This document shows positions 22,566 to 31,900 of a DNA stretch of 38,822 nucleotides, piece after piece. Within the stretch, counting starts at the first letter, position 1. Every line of letters starts with the position of its first letter. The stretch comes from a virus. Its lineage: Duplodnaviria > Caudoviricetes. Below the pieces are notes generated by a model. It saw only the letters and a program-made list of their open reading frames with translations, did not search any database and had not been told where the DNA came from. The stretch lies in IMG/VR virus record IMGVR_UViG_3300030090_004705, positions 1 to 38,822 of that record; one strand, given 5' to 3'. A program made the position numbers and the translations under genes.

Positions 22566-24986
22566 ATGCCCCTGATTAGCAGCTCAATCCCGAACCTTAT
22601 TAACGGGGTTAGCCAGCAGCCGGCTGCATTGCGATTGGCATCGCAGGCAGAGTCTGTCATCAACTGCATGTCAAGCCCCGTGGAGGGCTTGAAGAAGCGG
22701 CCGCCGATGAATCACCTCGCCCGTATGTTTACGGGCAGCGCAGGGTCCAGCAGGCCCTTTACGCACATCGTCGACCGTGACGGCAATATCCAGTACATGG
22801 TGCTGATCCAGGACGGCGCTATCAAAGTGTTTGGCCTCGATGGCTCGGTCAAGACAGTCAGCACGCCAGACGGCACCAACTACCTAGACGTCACAGGCGA
22901 ACCCAGCGAGCAGTTCCGCGTTGCGTCGATCGCCGACTACACCTTCATCGTCAACCGCGAAAAGACGGTTGCTATGAACACGTCGAGCTTGTCGTACAAC
23001 TGGGGCACCAAGTCGATGGTGTTTATCAAGTCGGCTGACTACGACACCACCTACCGGGTCAATCTCAACGGCACAGTCAAGACTCACACGACTGGCGGCA
23101 CCAGTGGTTCTGCGCCAGACACCATCACCATTGCCAACGACCTGGCGACAAAGCTGAACACAATTAGTGGGTTCACGGTCACAAACGACGACTACATCAT
23201 CCGAATTACTAAAGATGATGGTGGCGACTACACGCTGAGCAGCAGCGATACAGCGACTGCAGCGTCGACATCAGCGATCAAAGGCACGGTCAACGACATC
23301 ACGGACCTGCCCACGATTGCTGAGCACAACTTTATTGTCGAAATCCAAGGCTCAGCCAGCACCAGCTTTGACGATTACTACGTCCAGTTCGTCACGTCTG
23401 CTGGCAGTGGCTTTGGCCCTGGCGTGTGGCGAGAGACCGTAGCGCCAAACATCCAGTACCTGTTTGACACCAACACAATGCCGCATGTGCTTATTCGCAA
23501 CGCGAATGGCACGTTTACGTTTCAGGAGTTTGCGTGGACTGGCAGGTCGGCTGGTGATGCAACGACTGCGCCTAACCCGACATTTGTCGGCAGTCAGATA
23601 AAAAACATCAACACGTTCCGCAACCGCCTGGTGCTGCTGGCGGATGAGAACGTGATCCTGTCAGCTGCTGATGCCTACGACAGGTTTTGGCCAGAGACTG
23701 TGCAGACGGTCATTGATTCAGACCCCATCGACATCAGCACTGGTGGTCAAGAGATTAACTTCCTGACGAGCAGCTTGGCGTTTGCCAACACGCTCCTGCT
23801 GTTTAGCCGGCATGGCCAGTTCCGTTTGGACACTGGCGCCACAACGGTAGGCACGTCGCTTACACCTAAGACGGCAACCGTCACGGCTACAACGACGTTT
23901 GACCAGCTAGACAGTGTTGACCCTGTAGGTGTTGGCCGAACGGTTTACTTCGGCATCCCTAAAGGCACGTTTACCGGCTTGCGCGAGTTCTTCTTGCCGG
24001 ACGCCAGTGGCCCTGTGCCGTTGTCAGAAGAGGTGACGTCGTCGGTGCCTCGGTTTATCCCAGGCAACTTGGTCAACCTGACAGCGTCTGTGTCTGAAGA
24101 AGCGATTGTGATGCTGAGCAAAGATCAGCCACGGCGCCTGTATCTCTACAAGTTTTTCTTCGAGGACGACACCAAGCTGCAGTCCTCTTGGTCGTATTGG
24201 GAAGTTGCGCCCAACAAAAGCATTATCGGCGTGTCAATTCTCGACAGCGACATGTATGCCGTCGTGCAATGCAGCGATGGCGTTTACATGGAGAAAACGT
24301 CGTTGCGGCCAGAAGAGGTTGACGTTGACAGCGAGTTTGAGATTTTGCTTGATCGCAAGACAACAGAGGCGCAGTGCAGCGTTGCTTTGACTAGCCCGTC
24401 AGGTTTGGACGTGCAGTCGACAATCACCTTGCCGTATCCGATGGCAAACACCGGAACGATGGTGGTAGTTGGCCGGGCAGCAGCCGGCAACACGCTGAAG
24501 CACGGCGTTGTCATCACGCCTATTAGCGAAACAGCTGCTGGTGGCGCTGGCGGCAACGGCACCATGGTTGTTCGTGGCGACCTGACCAGCGCCAAGTTCT
24601 TTGTGGGTGAGCTCTACGACATGACGTATGAGTTCTCTACGCCCTACCTCAAAGAGCAACCGCCTGGTGGCGGCCTTGCTGTTGTGGCCGGCCCTCACTT
24701 GCAGCTCCGTACATGGACTGTGGTCTTTGACGACACGTCGCACTTTGACCTCAAGATCACACCGCAAGACCGCACAACACAGACGTATCCGTTTAACGGC
24801 ACAACAACTGGCAGCGGCCAGTTTCCACTTGGCAGCCCTGCATTGCGAACAGGGTCTTTCCGCGCACCTGTGATGGCACGCAATACAGAGGCCAAGATTG
24901 AGTTGTTTAGCGACAGCCCGCTACCGTGCAGAGTGCAATCAGCCGAATGGGAAGGGTGGTATCACAGCCGGGCCAAGAGGCTGTAA
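22566..24986 (+). CDS. gp12: Tail tubular protein B (T7 gp12-like)
   Basis: IPNLINGVSQQP, GLKKRPP, ADYTFIVN, PTFVG..I..FRNRL, QSSWSYW and SAEWEG. Confidence 0.94.
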   Translation: MPLISSSIPNLINGVSQQPAALRLASQAESVINCMSSPVEGLKKRPPMNHLARMFTGSAGSSRPFTHIVDRDGNIQYMVLIQDGAIKVFGLDGSVKTVSTPDGTNYLDVTGEPSEQFRVASIADYTFIVNREKTVAMNTSSLSYNWGTKSMVFIKSADYDTTYRVNLNGTVKTHTTGGTSGSAPDTITIANDLATKLNTISGFTVTNDDYIIRITKDDGGDYTLSSSDTATAASTSAIKGTVNDITDLPTIAEHNFIVEIQGSASTSFDDYYVQFVTSAGSGFGPGVWRETVAPNIQYLFDTNTMPHVLIRNANGTFTFQEFAWTGRSAGDATTAPNPTFVGSQIKNINTFRNRLVLLADENVILSAADAYDRFWPETVQTVIDSDPIDISTGGQEINFLTSSLAFANTLLLFSRHGQFRLDTGATTVGTSLTPKTATVTATTTFDQLDSVDPVGVGRTVYFGIPKGTFTGLREFFLPDASGPVPLSEEVTSSVPRFIPGNLVNLTASVSEEAIVMLSKDQPRRLYLYKFFFEDDTKLQSSWSYWEVAPNKSIIGVSILDSDMYAVVQCSDGVYMEKTSLRPEEVDVDSEFEILLDRKTTEAQCSVALTSPSGLDVQSTITLPYPMANTGTMVVVGRAAAGNTLKHGVVITPISETAAGGAGGNGTMVVRGDLTSAKFFVGELYDMTYEFSTPYLKEQPPGGGLAVVAGPHLQLRTWTVVFDDTSHFDLKITPQDRTTQTYPFNGTTTGSGQFPLGSPALRTGSFRAPVMARNTEAKIELFSDSPLPCRVQSAEWEGWYHSRAKRL

Positions 24987-25450
24987 ACCGCGCCTATCAA
25001 CGAATCTCTGTCATCAGTGACGTCTCATACGTTGCCGATGGCATGCGCGGGCCAGATGTCGAAGAAGTAAAGGCGCAATCAGGGCTATCGCCTCACGGGT
25101 CCTTGCTCTACTCTTTCTTCATGAGCAAGCCTTGCATGACTATTGTCGGTCGCCATGGCCGTCCGATTGGCATGTGGGGCGTCGTCCCTGACGGCTCAAC
25201 AGCGGGTCGGATCTGGATGCTAGGCCGCAGTGAAATGCTCACTGACGTTGCAGATAAGTGGGAGTTTTTGCGCCAGTCGCGGATTCATCTCGCAAATTTG
25301 CAAGACAAGTATCCGGTGCTGTTCAACTTTGTAGACGCCCGCAACACTGTTCACCTGCGTTGGCTGCGCTGGATGGGATTTACTTTCATCAATCGGCACG
25401 ACAACTTTGGGCCAGAACAGCGCACGTTCTATGAGTTCGTGAGGATCTAG
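24947..25450 (+). CDS. Internal virion protein A-like (T7 gp13-like, GNAT-like fold)
   Basis: GMWGV, GRIWMLG and LFNFVDARNTVHLRWLRWMGF, positioned after gp12. Start uncertain (24926 or 24947). Confidence 0.8.
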   Translation: MGRVVSQPGQEAVNRAYQRISVISDVSYVADGMRGPDVEEVKAQSGLSPHGSLLYSFFMSKPCMTIVGRHGRPIGMWGVVPDGSTAGRIWMLGRSEMLTDVADKWEFLRQSRIHLANLQDKYPVLFNFVDARNTVHLRWLRWMGFTFINRHDNFGPEQRTFYEFVRI

Positions 25451-25452
25451 TC

Positions 25453-26160
25453 ATGTGTGATCCCGTATCCATCACGCTTGGCGTTGTTAGCGCTGGCCTT
25501 GGCATTGCCCAGGCGCAAGCTCAATACCAAGCGCAACGCCAACAAATTGCATACCAGAACCGGGTAGCTGAGCAGCAGTTCCAATACAGCAAGCTGCAGG
25601 CGCAGGCGTCACGAGACAGCGAAGCCCAGAAAGCTTTGGCTCGTGAAGAGCAAATGCGGCAAAACGAAGAGCTGGCCAGGATGGTTGAGGCAAACAACAT
25701 TCGGCAGATCAACCTTGCTTACATGGAGCAGCAGCAGGCGACGGCCCAGCAAAAGCGAGGGGCGGCTCTGGAAGCAGCTGAACAACGCGGCGCTGTCTTG
25801 GCCTCGGGCCGTGTCGGCAACGTTATCGATAGCTTGCTTGCGGATGTGGACCGAGAACGCGCTCAGTTTGATTTTTACAGTGACACTAATCTTGCTTTCG
25901 TTGGAAGACAGTCAGCCGAGCAAAAGAGAGGAGCAGCGGCAACAAGAGCAAGCAGAGTTGCATCAGTAACGCCATACATTGAGCAGACGGTGCTTGACCC
26001 AATAGAGCCAATTAAGAGGGAGGCGCCAAGTAGTACGCCGTATGTCTTGGCCGGCGTTAGCTCTGCTATTGGCGGAGTTACCACCGGCCTTGGCGTTGCA
26101 GGTGGCATTAACGACGCTGGCTTCCAGTGGAAGAACGGCGGATACGAAAGGATTTCTTAG
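25453..26160 (+). CDS. Internal virion protein B-like (T7 gp14-like)
   Basis: MCDPVS N-terminus, hydrophobic ends and a Gln/Ala-rich helical core, in the syntenic position. Confidence 0.8.
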   Translation: MCDPVSITLGVVSAGLGIAQAQAQYQAQRQQIAYQNRVAEQQFQYSKLQAQASRDSEAQKALAREEQMRQNEELARMVEANNIRQINLAYMEQQQATAQQKRGAALEAAEQRGAVLASGRVGNVIDSLLADVDRERAQFDFYSDTNLAFVGRQSAEQKRGAAATRASRVASVTPYIEQTVLDPIEPIKREAPSSTPYVLAGVSSAIGGVTTGLGVAGGINDAGFQWKNGGYERIS

Positions 26161-26162
26161 TC

Positions 26163-28985
26163 ATGGCGAAGCTCTCACTCGGCAAGAACACTGGCGTCAC
26201 CACTCGCCAAAGCTCACAGCGCACTGTTGGTTTAGGCAACCAGCAATCGGGCAACGCACCGATCCAGTTCAGCGGCATCGAGGCGCCACAGCTTCAGCCA
26301 CGGGCGTCGGTCATTGACACGTTTTCTCGCCCTGCAGAGCTGCAAGCACCTGGGCCTGTGCGGCTAGGTGCAATGCAGACAGAGCCGGAGCCAACAAGCA
26401 TTGGAGATTTGCGCAGACTTGCTGAATCGCTTGGCAACTTTGACTCCAGCATTAAGGGGCTAACAACAGGGATTCTGAATTACAAAAAGCGTGAGACGCA
26501 AACGCTAAAGACTGAAGCCGAGGAGTTGGCAGCTGGCACGTTGTTTGGCAGCTCAGCCAACAACAAATTGCGTGGCGGCTTGCGGGAATTAGAAGCAGCA
26601 AGCAAAGACGAAAACCTGACACTTGAGCAGCGCAAAGAGGCAGAAGATGCACTAATCAGGCTGCAGGCAAAAGTCGACAACAACCCGTACTACCAAAGGA
26701 CGCTTGATCGTCTTGAGGTGCAGAGCCGCGCTTACCAGCTCAGCTCATTTGTGCAAAGCAATCCGTCTGTCACTCTTGCTGACGGCAGTGAAATCCAGCT
26801 GCGCTCACTAAAGCCGGACAGTGCAGAGTTTATGGAAATCCTGCAGAAGGAGCTGTATGGCGACCGCGTGCTGCAGCCGGCAGAGGCCCGCAAACTTACG
26901 CCGACCATCATCCAAGCAATTGCTGGGGCAAAGGGCACGCAAGCCAAGCAGCACATGGACTATCAGCTTGGCGAGATAAGAACACAGACCAACACTGTCA
27001 TCAACACCACGCTTGCAGCGCTGCATGCTCCGGGCAGCACGATGACTGCCGCTGATGCAGCAGAGGAGCTGCAAGAAGCATTTGAAAGCATTGGCCCTAA
27101 AGGTATTCCCAACCTGTCGCTGGACAAGGTTGATGCACTGCGCAAAGACTTTGTATTTGATTACTTTGCTGCGCTGAACAACTCTCCTAACAGGCCAAAG
27201 TCTTTTGACGATGCCCTGGCAATGATGGGCAATCTAATGGTTGGCCCCGTCGGCGACCGCAGGCGTGCTGACGGCAGCGTCAACGACAAGCTGCGTTACA
27301 TCAACCAGATGGATGCGCAGGACTTGCAAACACTGCGTCGGCAGTGGAACACTGCTACGTCAGCCGCAAAGACAGAGGAGGACAACCAGCGCGACCTGAT
27401 GGCGCAGCAGATATTTAGCGACAAGTTAAAAGAGCTAAATGAAGTAGTTGTGTTTGGCGATGACGGCCTGCCAACTGATGAATCGCTTACTGCCTACGAA
27501 GAGTTGAAGGCAAAAATGAGCGGCGAACTTTTCCTAGAGCTAAGTGGCCAACCCTTGCTGCAACAGCAAGTAATGACCAAATTCAACACCGCAACAACGC
27601 AAATACCAAAGCTATGGCGTGCAGACGCTCAAGTCGACTTTTTTACTGGCCTCGAAAAAGATATTTCAACAATAATTGATGACCCAGCTGCGCGCGGCGT
27701 AGAAACTTTGGAAGTCAAAGTTCAAGCCGCAATAGATCAACGCCTTATCTCACCACAAACTGGTGGCACTTATCTAAAGCGCCTGCAAGCATTGCGCGAG
27801 GGCCGTTACAAGGAAGCAAGAGATGCTATGAGAAATTTAATACAAAGACGCCGCGATCAATATGTCGACGCAGGCAAAGGCGCTAGCACAATTGGCGGCT
27901 CATCAACAGACAAAGAGGAACAACTGTTTGAAATACGAAAACCGGACATTGCGCGAGACGGCATAAAAATGATGATGGAGTTGTATGAAAAAGGCGGCGC
28001 AGATGCGCTAGCAACTTTTCCTCAGCAATTTGCTGACATGCTTGGCAGCGATGCTGCTACACAAAAGTACGGCTTAGCTGTAACTAAAATGGATCCTGGC
28101 TTTGCGCAATACCAAAGCATTGACGCATTGCAGCAAGATTTTGACAAGCAAACTGACAGGCAACTGCAGGAGCATTTACAGCAGGCAGCCGCCAGCCCGT
28201 TCCCGATATTTACAGAACAAGTTATCAGCGACATTGCTGACATGGCAGCAAGCGGCCAGCCATTGCCGCCGCACGTTTCTGCAGCCGTCAGGGCCTATGG
28301 CGGCCTGCGCCCGTTCTTGGAGCGCGAAATGATTAAGAACGAAATTAAGGCCGACCAGGTACAAATCATCCTTAATCAGCAGTTCCCAAGTGGCGCATAC
28401 GACGTTGAACTGCAGGAACGCCCACAGCCACAGCAAGAAGTTTCGATGATTGATCGCATGCTTGGCATTGGCACTTACCTCGTCGGCTCTGTCTTGCCAG
28501 GCGCTCCTGCGCAGGCGGCGATCACGCCACCTCCGCCAATTATTGGAGACACCAGCCGTGCCCAGGCCATTAGAGCCGCAGCTGCGCGTGTTGGCATCCG
28601 CCCCGACGACCTGGCCGCTGCTATGTCCTACGAGACGATTGGCAGCTTTGACCCTGCAATTACCAACCAGTACGGCTACTCCGGCCTAATTCAATTCAGC
28701 CCTGACAACCAGAGAACGTACGGCGTCAACGCAAACAGCACGTTTGAGGAGCAAGCACAGGCTGCTGCCCAATACCTCATTGACCGTGGAGTGCGCCCTG
28801 GTGACGGCATGTCTCGTATCTACGCCGCGATCCTGATTGGCAACGCAGATGGGCGTGGTCCCAACGGCGAGGACTACATGAACGCAAAAGACGCCAACGG
28901 CAACAGCGTCAACAGCGCACTAAAAGATTTGCTTCCTGGCGGTGGTCACTACCAAAATGGGTTGCGAATCCTGCGGGGCGAGTAA
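26163..28985 (+). CDS. Internal virion protein C-like (gp15 position) with a C-terminal lysozyme/lytic transglycosylase-like domain
   Basis: Synteny. C-terminal IRAAAARVGI..DLAAAMSYET.GSFDP...YSGLIQF...EQ...AAQYL. Start at ATG 26163, 2 nt after the upstream stop. Confidence 0.75.
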   Translation: MAKLSLGKNTGVTTRQSSQRTVGLGNQQSGNAPIQFSGIEAPQLQPRASVIDTFSRPAELQAPGPVRLGAMQTEPEPTSIGDLRRLAESLGNFDSSIKGLTTGILNYKKRETQTLKTEAEELAAGTLFGSSANNKLRGGLRELEAASKDENLTLEQRKEAEDALIRLQAKVDNNPYYQRTLDRLEVQSRAYQLSSFVQSNPSVTLADGSEIQLRSLKPDSAEFMEILQKELYGDRVLQPAEARKLTPTIIQAIAGAKGTQAKQHMDYQLGEIRTQTNTVINTTLAALHAPGSTMTAADAAEELQEAFESIGPKGIPNLSLDKVDALRKDFVFDYFAALNNSPNRPKSFDDALAMMGNLMVGPVGDRRRADGSVNDKLRYINQMDAQDLQTLRRQWNTATSAAKTEEDNQRDLMAQQIFSDKLKELNEVVVFGDDGLPTDESLTAYEELKAKMSGELFLELSGQPLLQQQVMTKFNTATTQIPKLWRADAQVDFFTGLEKDISTIIDDPAARGVETLEVKVQAAIDQRLISPQTGGTYLKRLQALREGRYKEARDAMRNLIQRRRDQYVDAGKGASTIGGSSTDKEEQLFEIRKPDIARDGIKMMMELYEKGGADALATFPQQFADMLGSDAATQKYGLAVTKMDPGFAQYQSIDALQQDFDKQTDRQLQEHLQQAAASPFPIFTEQVISDIADMAASGQPLPPHVSAAVRAYGGLRPFLEREMIKNEIKADQVQIILNQQFPSGAYDVELQERPQPQQEVSMIDRMLGIGTYLVGSVLPGAPAQAAITPPPPIIGDTSRAQAIRAAAARVGIRPDDLAAAMSYETIGSFDPAITNQYGYSGLIQFSPDNQRTYGVNANSTFEEQAQAAAQYLIDRGVRPGDGMSRIYAAILIGNADGRGPNGEDYMNAKDANGNSVNSALKDLLPGGGHYQNGLRILRGE

Positions 28986-31900
28986 ATGCCACTGGTACAA
29001 GACGAAAACGGCGTTTACTCGTTTGTTATGCCCCAGGCCATGGAGCCTGAGGCGCCTGCAGAACAAGAGCAGCAACCGGATTTAGACACTGTTGTCGAGG
29101 CAGCGCAGCCAGTCGTCGAGGAGTTGACGGAGGCTGCGGCCGAGGACCAGGGCGGCTTTGGCGCGCAAATTCAGCAGGCATTGTCAGACCCGGCCAGCGT
29201 CTTGTTTGGCGAGCCAGGCAGCAACGTCGTGCGTGACACGCTCGATGTGGCAGCAAGCCGTGTTGCTCAGAACCTGCAGAACTTTGTCGCAACTGAGCTC
29301 AGCAAAACTGATTCGACGAGAGACTTTGCTAATCGCGTTGGCCTGCGAGCTCCGTCTGCAACAGAGCCAAACCCGCCCAGCCCGGTAACGGGTCAACCGC
29401 TGTATCAACCAAGCGGCAACCCAGTAATGGACTTTGTCGGCGACCTGACGGCGTCAGGCCTGCAGTTTGCTGCCATTGCCAGCGGCCTTAAGGCAGGCGG
29501 AATTAGGACACCGCGCATCCCAATTGCGCCTAATTACGCCGCACGCATGCGGGCAAGCCGTGCGCCAGGCCTGCAGGGTGTAAGGCAAAGGGCAATTGGC
29601 CGCGCAATCGAAGGCGCGCAAGAGGGCTACCTGCCTGGTGCAATCAATGATTTTTACTTTGAAAACCCGTACGAAAGTTTTGGAGCTGCCGTCAAGTCGT
29701 ACACCGACGGCACGTTTGCCGAAGGCTTTGTCAACGACTACCTAGCCGCAACAGACGACGACACTGTCGGCGAAGCACGCCTGAAAAATGCCTTTATGGG
29801 CGCATTTGCCGGCACGTTTCTTGGCGCTGGCTTGGAAATGGTTACTGGCCCAATCGGTCGGCGGCTGGCTGGTGAGTATGTAGAGGCACAGGCTGATCGT
29901 GCTGTTGCTGAAGTCAAGCTTGCAAAGAGGTTGGACGAAGTCGCTGCAGACCAGCCAGAGGTCGCTGCAGACCAGCAAGTCGTTGACGTAGAGGCGACTC
30001 AAGCTCCTGTACGCATGACAGGCCGTACGCCTGAGGTTGAGCGCGACGTGGTGGCAGAGGTCAACACGGTTGTAGCGGAGCAAGCTATTCGTCCAGGACG
30101 CGAAGCAGCAGCAGAGACGGATGAAGAAATTATCAATCGAAAGCTCGATGAAATTGAGGCCACAACTGACAGGCTTATAGGTAGAGCCGAAGCAATAGAT
30201 CAGCGCTTGATGCAAGCAGCTGATCAAATGATTGAGGCGCAAGAACGCGTCGAAAACGTCGAGGCCGTCTACAGGGCAACTGCGCCTAGCGAGACTGTCC
30301 CTGACAACCTGCCGGAGCCTGCTGTCGCAGAGCTGGCGCGGCCCACCCGCGAGGACTACGCAGCTGGCACTGTCGGCGCGTATCCCGTTGCTGATATTGG
30401 CATTGATCCTCAGCGGTTCCAGTTCAAAGAAGCGGGCCGCTTGACAAAGACAGGGCAAAGCGGGTCACTTGCCGGCACCACTGTCTTCAACCCGGACATG
30501 GCCAACGTCATCAGCGTTTGGCGTGATCCTGCGGACGGCAAGGTCTATGTGGTCAATGGCCACAACCGCTTGGCCCGTGCGCAAAAGGCAGACCGGCAGT
30601 CGATCAATGTCCGGTTTATGGAAGCCGCAGATGCTGCAGAGGCGCGCATTAAAGGCGCAATGCAGAACATCTCTGAGGGCAACGGCACTGCTGTCGACGC
30701 AGCAAAAATCATGCGCGAGTCGGCAATGACTGCCGAGGACATGATTGCCCAGGGCATGCCAATTCGTAACGAGGCAGCGGAAAAGCTGTTTCTTAAAGCC
30801 GCCCCTTTGTCCAAGCTGCCGCAAGAACTGTTTGACCAAGTCGCTCGTGGCGACGTCACGATCGACATCGGCGCAGCTATTGGCAGCAGTGGCGCTGAGG
30901 AGCAGGTCATGCGTGACCTGGCAGCAGCTGCAAAGAAGAAGAAGTGGTCAGCGCAGAAGACTGCAGAAGCGGCAAGCATTGCTCGTTTTTCGCAGGTAGA
31001 AGCGGCCACCGATCCCAATGCTCTGGCACTGCCAGGCTTTGATGAACTGCTCAGCAGTGACTTCAGCCGCCAGCTGGAGGTGCGTGTCGCTATTCGCGCT
31101 CAGCTAAAGGCTGAAATCAACGCTTTGGCCGCAGCAGCGAGCGAGCGCAAGGCTGGCTTCCTTGAAGCCGCTGGCAATGTCATCAATGTCCAAGCGTCAG
31201 GCGCCGCACGGCAAGAAGCCATGCAGGGCGCAGCTGTGTTTAACCAGCGGGCAAACATGGTCGGCCCGCTTAGTGATCTGATTACAGAGCTGACGGGGCA
31301 GGTCACGCCGAAAAAGAACGCGGTGACTGTCGTCCGCGAAAACCTCCAGCGACTGCGGGGTGTGCTGCAAGAAGAGTTTGCGCCTGCACCACGCCCAGAG
31401 CCCGCAGCTCCAGAGGCACGGGCAGAAGCCGCTCCTGAGCCGCAGCCAACACGCCCGGAAATTGACGTAGAGAAGCTGCGCAGAAGCCTGCAGCACCTGT
31501 CGCAAGAAGAATTTGACCGGGTGCTTGAGAAGCTGCAGGCGTCTGGTGGCCGGATCACGTCTAACCCGTCACGGATTAACGAGCCGACCGTTGAGCAGCC
31601 TGTCGACAATGCTGCCTACAGCGATCTGAACGAAAGGCAGATTGCAAAGCTCAAAGCAATGAGCCCTGTAGAGCGGGCTGCTGAGCGGACAAAATTGCAA
31701 AAAATGATTCTTGGCGATCGCGCCAAAGCCAACCGTAAAGCCAAGCGTGCTCAGCAACAAGCTGATGAGGAAAGAAGCCTTGAGCTTTTTAAGGACGAAG
31801 GTGCTCTGGCGGATGGCACGATGTCGGAAGAACAATTCAACGCAAAATACGGGCCTGGCGCTGCAACAAGCGAAGAGCCTCCGTTTTATGCGCCTAAGCA

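Noticed and set aside
29940-29976. 16-bp direct repeat at 21-bp spacing (EVAADQP/EVAADQQ)
   Set aside because: It is a local in-frame duplication in a low-complexity linker with no sign of function.
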